From positions 264,158-328,157 of the forward strand of contig CAWJII010000004.1 in assembly GCA_963842915.1 (NCBI GenBank): 64,000 bases of DNA, given 5' to 3'. The notes below the pieces were generated by a model. It was not told the origin of the DNA. It saw only the letters and a program-made list of their open reading frames with translations, and did no database searches. This DNA comes from an uncultured delta proteobacterium. Lineage in GTDB: Bacteria; Myxococcota_A; Polyangia; Polyangiales; Houyiibacteriaceae. The translations under genes and the position numbers were made by a program. This document shows, in pieces, positions 32,724-41,546 of this stretch (its first letter is position 1; each line of letters opens with the position of its first letter).

Positions 32724-34421
32724 ATGAAGATCGTTTGCGATAGCTGCGGGGCCAAATACTCCATCGCCGACGAAAAGGTCGCTGGAAAAATCTTCAAGAT
32801 CCGGTGCAAGAAGTGCTCGTCGGTTCTCGAGGTTCGTGGCGATCAAACCGGCGCACAAGCGCTTAACGAACCAGGCGCGACTCCGGATCGCGGAGGCGAA
32901 GCAAGTTGGTACATCGTCGTCGACGGCGAGCAGAAGGGGCCCCTGGCTCCGATAGCGCTGAGCCAGCTGTTCGCAAAGGGCAGCGTGGGCCTCGATTCCT
33001 ACGTGTGGAATGAAGGCTTCGAGGACTGGAAAGTCGCAAGCGAGGTGCCCGAGCTCGCGCAGCTCTTCGGCGGCGCCGCTTCGCAGGCGCAGCGCCCCCA
33101 GACTGCGAGCGACGACACGGCTGCGTTCGCAGCCGGTGGCGACCTCTTCGGCGGCAGCGAAGGCCGCGAACCTACGAGCGAGATCGATACGAACAGCACC
33201 ATGTTCGCGGGATTTGAAGATAGCCCTACACCGGCACCGGCAGGCGCCGAGAGCTCACCGTTCGCGGCTGCTTCATCAGACGCTGGCGCCTCGCTTGGCG
33301 GTGGCGCGATGGGCGGATCCGCACCTCAGCGGATGACCGGCCAGCGCAACGAGAACTCGGTACTGTTCTCGCTGAGCAATCTACAGCAGCTCGCATCACG
33401 CGGCGGCTCGCCCGCGCAATCCGCTCCGCTCGCGAGTCAGCCTCCCGGGGCAACCCTTGGCGCCCAGAGCGCACCGCCAACCTCCGGCGAAGGCTCAGGC
33501 CTCATCGACATTCGCGCACTCGCGAAATCCACGACGCCCGGAACCAGCGCTGCGCCTTCGCAGGCGGTGGATGACCTTCTCGCCATCGGAGTCGGCGGCG
33601 GAGCTGCGTTTGGCGCACCCCTGCTCGGACCCGCACCGGAAGATAGCTCGGACAAGAATCGCTGGCTTTGGATCGGCGGAGTCGCGATCGCAGTGATTGC
33701 GATCGTGGGAGCCGGAATCGGGGTCGGCATGGCGCTCGGAGGCGGAGAGGAAGACGCGCTCGAGATCACCGCAGAAGTCGAACCGACGCCCGCCCAGGCG
33801 ATCGGGGGGTCGAATGCCGTGGCAGCCTCGGCTCGGGCGCCAATCGAGCCGCCGGATGAGGCGCTCGCCGCCGCAGAGCCCGTCGAGGCCGCGACGATCG
33901 AGGACAATCTACCCGACGAGGTCGCGCCGAAGCTCGCAGCGCCGGCGCCCAGGAAGAGCAGCACGACCAGCCCGCAGCGACGCCCGCGAACGGCGAAGAG
34001 CACGACCAGCTCGAAGCCCGAAGCTGCACCGGAGCCCAAGAAGCGCAGCGGCAACAACCTGGACGCGCTCATGGACGAGGTCGTTGGCGAGTCATCGTCC
34101 ACCTCCAAGCCGAAGCAAACCTCGAGGTCGACCCGCCCGAGCGATTCCAGCCTTCCCGACGCGCCGTCACGCAGCGATGTGAAGACCGCTCTTCAGGGTG
34201 TCAGCGGCGGCGTGAAGGCTTGCAAGACCGACTCTGGCGGGACGGCCACGGTCGACGTCACCTTCAGTGGCAAGACCGGCCGCGTCACCAGCGCGAGGGT
34301 CGCTTCGGGGCCGTTCAAGGGCACCCCAGTCGGAACCTGCATCGCGTCTGCGGTGAAGCGTGCCCGCGTCCCGCGATTCAAGCAGTCGTCGTTCAAGGTC
34401 ACCTTCCCGTACCGACTTTGA
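32724..34421 (+). CDS. ZnR (MJ0042-type) - GYF_2 - linker - TM - TonB-C/AgmX-like C-terminal domain protein (GltJ/AgmX-like architecture)
   Basis: MKIVCDSCGAKYSI...IRCKKCSSVL zinc ribbon; WYIVVDGEQKGPL...VWNEGFEDWKVASEVPEL GYF-like domain; Ala/Pro/Ser-rich linker; TM WLWIGGVAIAVIAIVGAGIGVGMAL; C-terminal CKTDSGGTATVDVTF...VTFPYRL. Confidence 0.75.
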   Translation: MKIVCDSCGAKYSIADEKVAGKIFKIRCKKCSSVLEVRGDQTGAQALNEPGATPDRGGEASWYIVVDGEQKGPLAPIALSQLFAKGSVGLDSYVWNEGFEDWKVASEVPELAQLFGGAASQAQRPQTASDDTAAFAAGGDLFGGSEGREPTSEIDTNSTMFAGFEDSPTPAPAGAESSPFAAASSDAGASLGGGAMGGSAPQRMTGQRNENSVLFSLSNLQQLASRGGSPAQSAPLASQPPGATLGAQSAPPTSGEGSGLIDIRALAKSTTPGTSAAPSQAVDDLLAIGVGGGAAFGAPLLGPAPEDSSDKNRWLWIGGVAIAVIAIVGAGIGVGMALGGGEEDALEITAEVEPTPAQAIGGSNAVAASARAPIEPPDEALAAAEPVEAATIEDNLPDEVAPKLAAPAPRKSSTTSPQRRPRTAKSTTSSKPEAAPEPKKRSGNNLDALMDEVVGESSSTSKPKQTSRSTRPSDSSLPDAPSRSDVKTALQGVSGGVKACKTDSGGTATVDVTFSGKTGRVTSARVASGPFKGTPVGTCIASAVKRARVPRFKQSSFKVTFPYRL

Positions 34422-34505
34422 CGCCTTAGACAGCGACAGCGAAGAACTAGCCGCAAACCGCTGAACTGCGCAAATCGCAGATCGCCGAAACCGCGACCCG
34501 CCCGC

Positions 34506-35975
34506 CTAGGTGAGCCCTTCGAGGAATCGCACCCCGGTCGCAACGCCGAAGCCGGTTCCACCCTTGGGCAAGCGACCGTGCGCACGGTCGACGAACGCCG
34601 GGCCCGCGATGTCGAGGTGCATCCAGGTGGTCTCTCCGACGAACTCTTTCAGAAAGAGCGCCGCGGTGATCGAACCGCCGTAGCGGCCGCCGATGTGCTT
34701 CAGATCGGCGATGGCGCTCTTGAGGGTGGAACGCAGCTCCGAATCCAGCGGCAGGCGCCAGAACGATTCGCCCTCGCCCTTCGATGCGTCGAGATACTGC
34801 GAGGCGAGCTTGTCGTCGTCCGTGTAGAGCGCCGCGCGCCAAGGGCCGAGCGCCACCAGGCAGGCCCCGGTCAAGGTGGCGTGGTCGATCATGTAGTCGG
34901 GCTTGAGCTTGCGCGCCGCCCAGGTGAGCACGTCAGCGAGCACCAGGCGTCCCTCGGCGTCGGTGTTGATGACCTCGACGGTCTTGCCCTGCAGCGACTT
35001 GTACACATCGCCGGGTCGGTACGCCTTTGCGCCTGTCATGTTCTCGGTGGAACCGACGACCCCGTGCACCTCGATCGGCAGCTTCAGGCGCGCCGCGGCG
35101 AACACGATTCCGAGCGTGGTCGCGGCACCCGCCATGTCGCACTTCATGTCGACCATGGAGGCCCCAGGCTTGATGCAGAGGCCTCCCGAGTCGAAAGTGA
35201 GGCCCTTGCCAACGAAGACGACCTTCTTCTTGGGGCGCGCCGGCTTGTAGACCACGTGAATCACCCGCGGCTCGATCGCGCTGCCCTTGTTGACGGCGAG
35301 CAGCAGATTCATCCTCTCTTTTTCGATCCGCGCCTTGTTCCAGACGCGACAGGACAGGCCGAGCTTTCGAGACTCGGTGGCGGCAGCGCGTGCCAGGCTC
35401 ACCGGATTCAGATCGTTCGGGGGCCGGTTCACGAGGTCACGCGCGAAATTGACGCTCTCCGCGACTGCCTTGCCGGAGCGAATGGCCGCCGTCAGGCCGC
35501 GCCCGTTCTTTGGCGCGCCTACGATGACCGCGGAGGTCAGGGTTGCCGCAGCCGTCTTGTCGCTCTTGTACTCGGTGTAGCGATACGCCCCAGCTACGAG
35601 CCCCTGTGAGGCGGCGCGAACGGTCTCGGCGTCGACGACGGGCAGCTCTAGCGCAGCGCTCTTCTGTGCACGCGCCGCGGAGGCAAGGGCATGACCGAGA
35701 TGCCAGGCGACCTTCTCAGCATCGCGCTCCTCGCCAATACCGACGAGCAAGAGCCAACGCGACTTCGCCTTGCCGGCGGATGCGACTTTGAGGGTTTGGG
35801 AGGCCTTCCCTTCGAAGCGCTCATCCGAAGCGAGAAGCTTGATGCTGCCCTTTCCGGTTACGGCTTCGACGCCAGCCAAGGCTCTGCTGAGCTTCGTCTT
35901 TCCCGATGGAATCGCGATCGCAACGATGTCCGCGGTCGATTTGTCCCAAGTGCCCTCAGACAGTGAAATCTTCAT
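34506..35975 (-). CDS. pepA: Leucyl aminopeptidase (M17)
   Basis: VGKGLTFDSGGLCIKPG, DMKCDMAGAA, NTDAEGRLVLAD. Start at MKISLSEG with a GGGAGAGGGAG RBS. Confidence 0.92.
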   Translation of the reverse strand: MKISLSEGTWDKSTADIVAIAIPSGKTKLSRALAGVEAVTGKGSIKLLASDERFEGKASQTLKVASAGKAKSRWLLLVGIGEERDAEKVAWHLGHALASAARAQKSAALELPVVDAETVRAASQGLVAGAYRYTEYKSDKTAAATLTSAVIVGAPKNGRGLTAAIRSGKAVAESVNFARDLVNRPPNDLNPVSLARAAATESRKLGLSCRVWNKARIEKERMNLLLAVNKGSAIEPRVIHVVYKPARPKKKVVFVGKGLTFDSGGLCIKPGASMVDMKCDMAGAATTLGIVFAAARLKLPIEVHGVVGSTENMTGAKAYRPGDVYKSLQGKTVEVINTDAEGRLVLADVLTWAARKLKPDYMIDHATLTGACLVALGPWRAALYTDDDKLASQYLDASKGEGESFWRLPLDSELRSTLKSAIADLKHIGGRYGGSITAALFLKEFVGETTWMHLDIAGPAFVDRAHGRLPKGGTGFGVATGVRFLEGLT

Positions 35976-36119
35976 CTGGCTCCCTCTCCCTTTGGTCGGC
36001 GGGATACTGACAGGAACTTCTTCAGCCAACAAACCAAACAGCGCGGGCGGCCGCCGTCGCCGATCCGGCGATCCGCCAATTCGAGCGACCTAGCTACCCG
36101 AGATCACTTGGCCGAACGC

Positions 36120-36135
36120 TGGCACCGCCTGTGCA
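36120..36135 (+). promoter_or_regulatory. Sigma-54 (-24/-12) promoter candidate
   Basis: TGGCACcgcctGTGCA matches TGGCAC-N5-TTGCA with the correct GG-N10-GC spacing, about 35 nt upstream of the 36170 ATG. Confidence 0.45.
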
Positions 36136-36169
36136 ACGAGCTCGTCTCTCATTGTCACCAGGAGGAAAG

Positions 36170-36385
36170 ATGCTCGAAGAAAACAAAGTGAAGATCGCCT
36201 ACACCGTGGTGGAGCGAAACAAGGACGGTCGGAAGTTCTGGGTGCGTGTGGGCGCGGCGTTTGTGAACCGCGACGGAAGCCTCAACGTTCGCCTCGATGC
36301 GATGCCGGTCAACGGAGAGCTACAAATCAGGGACTACCAGCCCAGGGAGACTCGCGAGAGCAGCTCCCGCGACCAGGCGGCGTGA
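36170..36385 (+). CDS. Small hypothetical protein (71 aa)
   Basis: AGGAGG RBS 6 nt upstream of the ATG; ATGA overlap with the downstream comEA-like gene; no recognisable family. Confidence 0.5.
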   Translation: MLEENKVKIAYTVVERNKDGRKFWVRVGAAFVNRDGSLNVRLDAMPVNGELQIRDYQPRETRESSSRDQAA

Positions 36386-36693
36386 TGAAAGGGATGTTGT
36401 TGTTGCTGCTCACACTGAGCGCAGTTCATCCGGTGCCGGTCGGAGCGCTTGACGGCGGTGTTGGCCCCCCCGACCAGGGCCCGCCGAGCGCCGAGCAGGA
36501 CGGGCGCATCAACATCAACGAGGCCGGGCCCGAGGAGCTCGTGAAGCTCCCGGGCATCGGCCCCAGCCGCGCCGAAGCGATCATCGCCGAGCGCGAAAAG
36601 CGCCGATTTCGCCGCATCGAGGACATCATTCGAGTTCCGGGAATCGGACGGAAGACGTTCGGCCGAATCCGTCACTCGATCCGCGTGCGCTAG
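36382..36693 (+). CDS. ComEA-like helix-hairpin-helix DNA-binding protein
   Basis: Signal-like N-terminus; ININEAGPEELVKLPGIGPSRAEAII...VPGIGRKTFGRI (tandem HhH). Confidence 0.8.
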   Translation: MMKGMLLLLLTLSAVHPVPVGALDGGVGPPDQGPPSAEQDGRININEAGPEELVKLPGIGPSRAEAIIAEREKRRFRRIEDIIRVPGIGRKTFGRIRHSIRVR

Positions 36694-36733
36694 GCCCTAC
36701 CGCTGACCTGCCGAACGGCTTAGGTTCAGGCTC

Positions 36734-37222
36734 ATGGTCCCGACGATCGAAGTTCGCGAGGCGGATCAATCCGACCGCGACGTCCTGATGGGCTTTCATC
36801 GCAGTCTCTACAAAGGCCACCGCGACGAGGTCGTCGAGGAAGACGATCGCCCACTCATCGAGTATCGGGACTACGAACGCATTCTAAGTGAGGACCTCGA
36901 GTCGCTATTGCGAGATCGAAACGGTCACGTCCTGGTAGCAGAATCCCAAGGCGCGGCCGTGGGCTACATCACCGGCCGAGTCACCGTAGAACCGAGACGC
37001 GTCTTGCCAACAAAGGGCGTGGTCGAAGATTGGTACGTCGTCCCGGACGCGCGGTGCTTCGGCGTGGGCGCCCTGCTGCTAGCCAAGCTCGAAGCGCGCT
37101 TCGCAGCAGCGGGCTGCGAGGTGATCGAGTCGGCAACCTGGTCGGGAAACGAAGGTGCAAGGCGGGCGCACGATGCCCTCGGATTCCGGGAGATCAGGGT
37201 AATGTACCGAAAGCGGATTTAA
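36734..37222 (+). CDS. GNAT family N-acetyltransferase
   Basis: Acetyl-CoA motif-like region VVPDARCFGVGALLLAKLEARF plus C-terminal ALGFREI. Confidence 0.85.
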   Translation: MVPTIEVREADQSDRDVLMGFHRSLYKGHRDEVVEEDDRPLIEYRDYERILSEDLESLLRDRNGHVLVAESQGAAVGYITGRVTVEPRRVLPTKGVVEDWYVVPDARCFGVGALLLAKLEARFAAAGCEVIESATWSGNEGARRAHDALGFREIRVMYRKRI

Positions 37223-37236
37223 CGCGTTCACGGCCG

Positions 37237-37860
37237 CTGGCACTGGCACTGGCACTGGCCCCTCATGACATGCGCGGCAGCGCGAGCCCAAAGGGCGAAG
37301 CCCGGCGCGAAGCGCCGGCAAGGCGGAGCAAAGCGACCGCCGCGCCAGGGAGGATTACGGGTGGGGGTGGGCGGGCGGTGTAATCAAGCCATACCAGGCA
37401 ACCCACCCAGCACCCCACCCCCAAACACCCGCGGCAGCACAAGCCTGACACTGACACTGGCACGCCCTCCCAAGACAGCAGGCGGCAGCGCGAGCCCGAA
37501 GGGCGAAGCCCGGCGCGAAGCGCCGGCAAGGCGGAGCAAAGCGACCGCCGCGCCAGGGAGGATTACGGGTGGGGGTGGGCGGGCGGTGTAATTAAACCAT
37601 ACCAGCCAACCCACCCAAGACCCGCACCCCAAACACCCGCGGCAGCACAAGCCTGACACTGACACTGGCACGCCCTCCCAAGACAGCAGGCGGCAGCGCG
37701 AGCCCAAAGGGCGAAGCCCGGCGCGAAGCGCCGGCAAGGCGGAGCAAAGCGACCGCCGCGCCAGGGAGGATTACGGGTGGGGGTGGGCGGGCGGTGTAAT
37801 TAAACCATACCAGCCAACCCACCCAAGACCCGCACCCCAAACACCCGCGGCAGCACAAGC
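37237..37860. repeat. Three tandem copies of a 208-bp GC-rich structured repeat
   Basis: Units at about 37237-37444, 37445-37652 and 37653-37860. Copies 2 and 3 differ at a single position on my reading (37498 G vs 37706 A). Copy 1 diverges at its 5' end, a (GCACTG)n microsatellite, and near its 3' end. The array lies in a convergent intergenic region. Confidence 0.9.
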
Positions 37861-37958
37861 CAGAAGTCGCCACCCCTGCCCACCCTACTCCCGCACCTCA
37901 ATCGGCGCCGCGGTCGGCGATGGATCGCTACGCAACAGCTCCAGCGCGCTCCGCTCGT

Positions 37959-39002
37959 TCAGCAAGTGGGCGGCGAAGAACGCTGTGATGAAGGTGGCGT
38001 GTGGCCGTTTGCGGAGTCGACTGAGACGTAGTTGAAGGGCTCGCCGTTGGTTTGTCTGCTGTCGTCGCCGCATCCCGGTGCGAAGAAGTCGGTGAGGCCG
38101 GCGATGTTCGTGACCGACCAGTGGCCTGCGTCGACGACCTCCATTTTGTAGGCCGGGGTGTTCGCGTTCGTGAAGTTCTCTCGAATGAATAGGTTACCGG
38201 GTTCGAGGATCGAATTGTCCTCGGTGGCTACGAGTAGACCCAACGGCACCTCTATCGATTCGATCGATACCTCTCCGTAGAGGATGTTTTCCATGGGCGC
38301 GGCGAGGCCGATGACCGCGGCGATTCGTGAGTCGTTCTGGGCCACTCTTCCAGCGGTGACCGAGCCGATGCTGTGGCCCAGCATCCCTAGCTGAGACGCG
38401 TTCGCGGTGACTCCGTCGGGCAGGACCTCCCCCGCTAGGACCCGGTCGAGCAGGAAGCGGATGTCGGCTTCCCGGACATCCACGAGGGCATTGTTGAGAG
38501 GGGATTGGGTGCCATCGAGGCGATCGAAGAGGGTGTCCCCGATGTGGTCCGGGGCCACGACGATGAACCCATGAGACGCAAGGCGTTCCACGACCGCATG
38601 TGCGGACCATCGGGTGCAGGTGTAGCAATGCGAGTAGAGGACCAGTGGGTATCCACCTGCGGCCGCGTCTGCATTTCGGCTAGAGGCAGTGGTCTTCGCG
38701 ACGCAGGCCCCGGGCGCAGCGTCCAGCAAGGCCGACAGCTCGGATCGTCGGTCCGTCTCGGTTTCGAAGTCGATGACAGCCGATGGACTGTCCGACGACG
38801 CGATCGGATACCACACTTCGATGGGGAGTGTTCGCCCCCGCGCGCTGTCGGTGAGGCTCGTCGTCAGCACCCCAACCGAGGCGGGCCCGGCCCTGGTGTA
38901 GTCGATGGGGCCGGTGCTAGCGCTGCCTTCATCGCCACTGCACGAAGCCAGCAAGACCGCTAGCGCCACAAAGGCATTCCCAAACGCCAACGTTTTCCGC
39001 AT
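37959..39002 (-). CDS. Alpha/beta-hydrolase lipoprotein (PAF-acetylhydrolase / lipase-like); 3' end probably frameshifted
   Basis: Lipobox LLASCSG; YPLVLYSHCY, nucleophile elbow GHSIGS, His in DAGHWS. The C-terminal 15-20 codons have poor third-position GC, whereas overlapping frame 37885-38073 looks coding. Confidence 0.7.
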   Translation of the reverse strand: MRKTLAFGNAFVALAVLLASCSGDEGSASTGPIDYTRAGPASVGVLTTSLTDSARGRTLPIEVWYPIASSDSPSAVIDFETETDRRSELSALLDAAPGACVAKTTASSRNADAAAGGYPLVLYSHCYTCTRWSAHAVVERLASHGFIVVAPDHIGDTLFDRLDGTQSPLNNALVDVREADIRFLLDRVLAGEVLPDGVTANASQLGMLGHSIGSVTAGRVAQNDSRIAAVIGLAAPMENILYGEVSIESIEVPLGLLVATEDNSILEPGNLFIRENFTNANTPAYKMEVVDAGHWSVTNIAGLTDFFAPGCGDDSRQTNGEPFNYVSVDSANGHTPPSSQRSSPPTC

Positions 39003-39029
39003 GGTAGACTGGTGTAGTCGAAAACGCCC

Positions 39030-39602
39030 TCAGTGGACAGCGGGTCGTAGAGGCAGGCGATCGACGAGCTCCGCCTCTGCTTCGAGCAACTCGTCCAGCC
39101 GTCGCTGTACGCGATCCGCAGGAAAGTACTCCCGCGCCAGGCGCAGGAACAAGCCATGGTGCCGGGCTTCCGAGCGGGTGATTTCGGCGTAAAAATCTTT
39201 CAAGGGGCCCGGCTCGAGCCCTTCAGCCAGCATTCCGAATCGCTCGCAGCCCCTGGCTTCGACAATGGCGAGCACCAGGAGGCGATCGAGGAAGTACCGC
39301 TCCGGTCCGCGTTTGATCAGCTGCATCAGAGCGCGGACGTAGGGATCCTTCTCGTCGGCCCGCGTCGCTAGGCCTCGATCGAGAATGATCGCCATGACTT
39401 GCGCGTAGTGATCGAGCTCTTCCTGGGCGAAGGGAATTAGCTCGCGCACGAGCACGGTGCGGTCCGAATAGTGTGACACGAGCTTGAGTGCAGTCGCGGA
39501 CGCCTTCCGCTCGCAGGCTGCGTGGTCGACGAGAAAGGCATCGAAGTCGCCAAGTACGACGTCGATCCAGGAGGGGTCGGTTGCAGTGCGCAGACGGAGC
39601 AT
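39030..39602 (-). CDS. miaE: tRNA-(ms2io6A37) hydroxylase MiaE (diiron ferritin-like)
   Basis: DHAACERKA and EELDHY (ExxH) motifs, a second EARHH; length about 190 aa. Confidence 0.78.
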   Translation of the reverse strand: MLRLRTATDPSWIDVVLGDFDAFLVDHAACERKASATALKLVSHYSDRTVLVRELIPFAQEELDHYAQVMAIILDRGLATRADEKDPYVRALMQLIKRGPERYFLDRLLVLAIVEARGCERFGMLAEGLEPGPLKDFYAEITRSEARHHGLFLRLAREYFPADRVQRRLDELLEAEAELVDRLPLRPAVH

Positions 39603-39610
39603 CGTTCGGC

Positions 39611-40249
39611 CTAGGCGCGCAGGGCGTCGAGAAGCGGCTGGATAACGCTTCGACGAAGCTTCAGCGCCGCGCGGTTCGCGATCACCACCGAGCTGATGTC
39701 GGCGATCTTCTCCAAAGGCACCAAGCCATTTTGGCGAAGTGTTTCGCCTGTCTCCACCAGGTCGACGATGACGTCGGCGAGGCCGGTCAGAGGACCGAGC
39801 TCGACGGAACCCTGGCAGAAGATCAGCTCGACGGGCGTGCCCTTGGCTCGGAAGTACTGCTCAGCGATGTGCGGGAACTTGGTGGCGACGCGGAGCGGGC
39901 GCTCGCCTCTGCCTGCGATGGGCTCCTTGGGGCGCCCGCAGACCATCATTTGGCACTTGCCGATGTCGAGGTCGACCGGCGCGAAGACGTCGTAGTCACG
40001 CTCCATCAGCACATCACGGCCCACGATCCCGAGGTCGGCCGCGCCGTACTCGACGTAGGTCGGCACATCATCGGGCTTGAGCAGCAGATAGCTCAATCCG
40101 GTTTCTGTATCTTCGCGGACCAGCTTTCGGCTTTTCGCTGTCAGCGCCTCGGTCGGGATGCCGGCCTTTTCGAGCCGTGCGCTCAGCTGTTCGAGAACGC
40201 GGCCCTTGGGGACCGCGATGACGATGGTGTCTTTGTTGCGTCTAGGCAT
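39611..40249 (-). CDS. hisG: ATP phosphoribosyltransferase, short form
   Basis: [51 protein letters not shown]. The start ATG overlaps the murA stop. Confidence 0.9.
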   Translation of the reverse strand: MPRRNKDTIVIAVPKGRVLEQLSARLEKAGIPTEALTAKSRKLVREDTETGLSYLLLKPDDVPTYVEYGAADLGIVGRDVLMERDYDVFAPVDLDIGKCQMMVCGRPKEPIAGRGERPLRVATKFPHIAEQYFRAKGTPVELIFCQGSVELGPLTGLADVIVDLVETGETLRQNGLVPLEKIADISSVVIANRAALKLRRSVIQPLLDALRA

Positions 40250-41507
40250 CGCCAGGTACTCGCTCGATCTTGGCTCCCAGCGGAGCCAACTTCTCCTCGA
40301 TGTGTTCATAGCCCCGATCGAGGTGATACACCCGCCGAACGTACGTGGTTCCCTCGGCGACCAGCCCCGCTACGACCAGTGAAGCGCTGGCCCGAAGGTC
40401 GGTGGCCATCACCTCGGCGCCCTCTAGCCTGCTCACGCCGTGCACCGTCGCCGTCCGGCCGTTGACTTGAATCTTGGCGCCCATGCGGTTGAGCTCCGAA
40501 ACGTGCATGAAGCGGTTTTCGAATACCGTCTCGGTGATTCGGCTCGTGCCCTCCGCCAGACACATCAGCATCATGAACTGCGCTTGCATGTCGGTCGGAA
40601 ACCCGGGGTGCGGCTGTGTGATCACGTCCGTCGGGCGAATCGGCCGCGAACCGACGACGCGGATTCCATCACCTTCGCGCTCCACGCCGGCGCCTGCTTC
40701 TCGTAGCTTGGCGATCAGCGCCTCGAGCGGCTCGAAGGCTACCCCTCGCAGAAGTACGTCCCCGTCCGTCGCCGCCGCGGCAACCATGAATGTGCCCGCC
40801 TCGATGCGATCAGGAATGATCGCGTGGTCGATCGGATGAAGCGATTCGACGCCCTCGATCGAGATGACCGAGGTTCCGGCGCCTTCGATGCGTCCACCCA
40901 TCTTGTTCAAGACTCGGGCTAGCTCTTCGACCTCCGGCTCGCGAGCGCAGTTCGTAAGCGTGGTGCGTCCCTTGGCCAGGACGGCGGCGCACATGAGGTT
41001 TTCGGTTCCCGTGTGGGTCGGGAAATCCAAGTGGATGTCGGAGCCCTTCAGTCGACCAGTGGGGACGTTCACCTCGACGTAGCCGTGGTGCAGCTCGACC
41101 TCCGCGCCCATTGCAGTGAGTCCCTTGAGATGCTGGTCGATGGGTCGAGCTCCAATCGCGCAGCCCCCTGGCATGGAGACCACCGCGCGACCGCAGCGCG
41201 CAACCAGCGGACCAAGCACCAGAACCGAGGCGCGCATCTGCTTGACGAGATCGTACGGGGCCGTGGGCTCGATCGCCCCGGACAAGCTCACCTGAACGCG
41301 GCCGTCCTTGTACTCCGCCTGCGCACCAAGGCGCTCGAGGAGCCGGGTCATCGTGTGCACGTCGCGCAGATTGGGGACGTTGCGAAAGACGTGCTCACCG
41401 TCGGCCAAGAGGGCCGCCGCCATGATCGGCAGGGCCGCGTTCTTCGCGCCGCTAACCGGTACCGAGCCGACGAGCCTGTTTCCCCCAACGATTCGGATGC
41501 TATCCAC
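40242..41507 (-). CDS. murA: UDP-N-acetylglucosamine 1-carboxyvinyltransferase
   Basis: [30 protein letters not shown] (active-site Cys), full-length MurA pattern. Confidence 0.96.
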   Translation of the reverse strand: MDSIRIVGGNRLVGSVPVSGAKNAALPIMAAALLADGEHVFRNVPNLRDVHTMTRLLERLGAQAEYKDGRVQVSLSGAIEPTAPYDLVKQMRASVLVLGPLVARCGRAVVSMPGGCAIGARPIDQHLKGLTAMGAEVELHHGYVEVNVPTGRLKGSDIHLDFPTHTGTENLMCAAVLAKGRTTLTNCAREPEVEELARVLNKMGGRIEGAGTSVISIEGVESLHPIDHAIIPDRIEAGTFMVAAAATDGDVLLRGVAFEPLEALIAKLREAGAGVEREGDGIRVVGSRPIRPTDVITQPHPGFPTDMQAQFMMLMCLAEGTSRITETVFENRFMHVSELNRMGAKIQVNGRTATVHGVSRLEGAEVMATDLRASASLVVAGLVAEGTTYVRRVYHLDRGYEHIEEKLAPLGAKIERVPGDA

Positions 41508-41546
41508 GACGCCCCCTGTTACCCCGTGACCCAGCTTCGGGCAACT

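Noticed and set aside
37237-37259. TGGCAC repeats (CTGGCACTGGCACTGGCACTGGC) as possible sigma-54 -24 elements
   Set aside because: The downstream spacing gives GG rather than GC at -12. This is a hexanucleotide microsatellite at the edge of the tandem repeat, not a promoter match.
37265-37873. ORFs of 93-117 aa on both strands with repeated peptide sequence (e.g. ...GEARREAPARRSKATAAPGRITGGGGRAV)
   Set aside because: They are translations of the 208-bp tandem repeat. Both strands and several frames are open, there is no RBS, and the composition is implausible. A CRISPR array was also considered and rejected because the units are 208 bp and contiguous, with no unique spacers and no cas genes.
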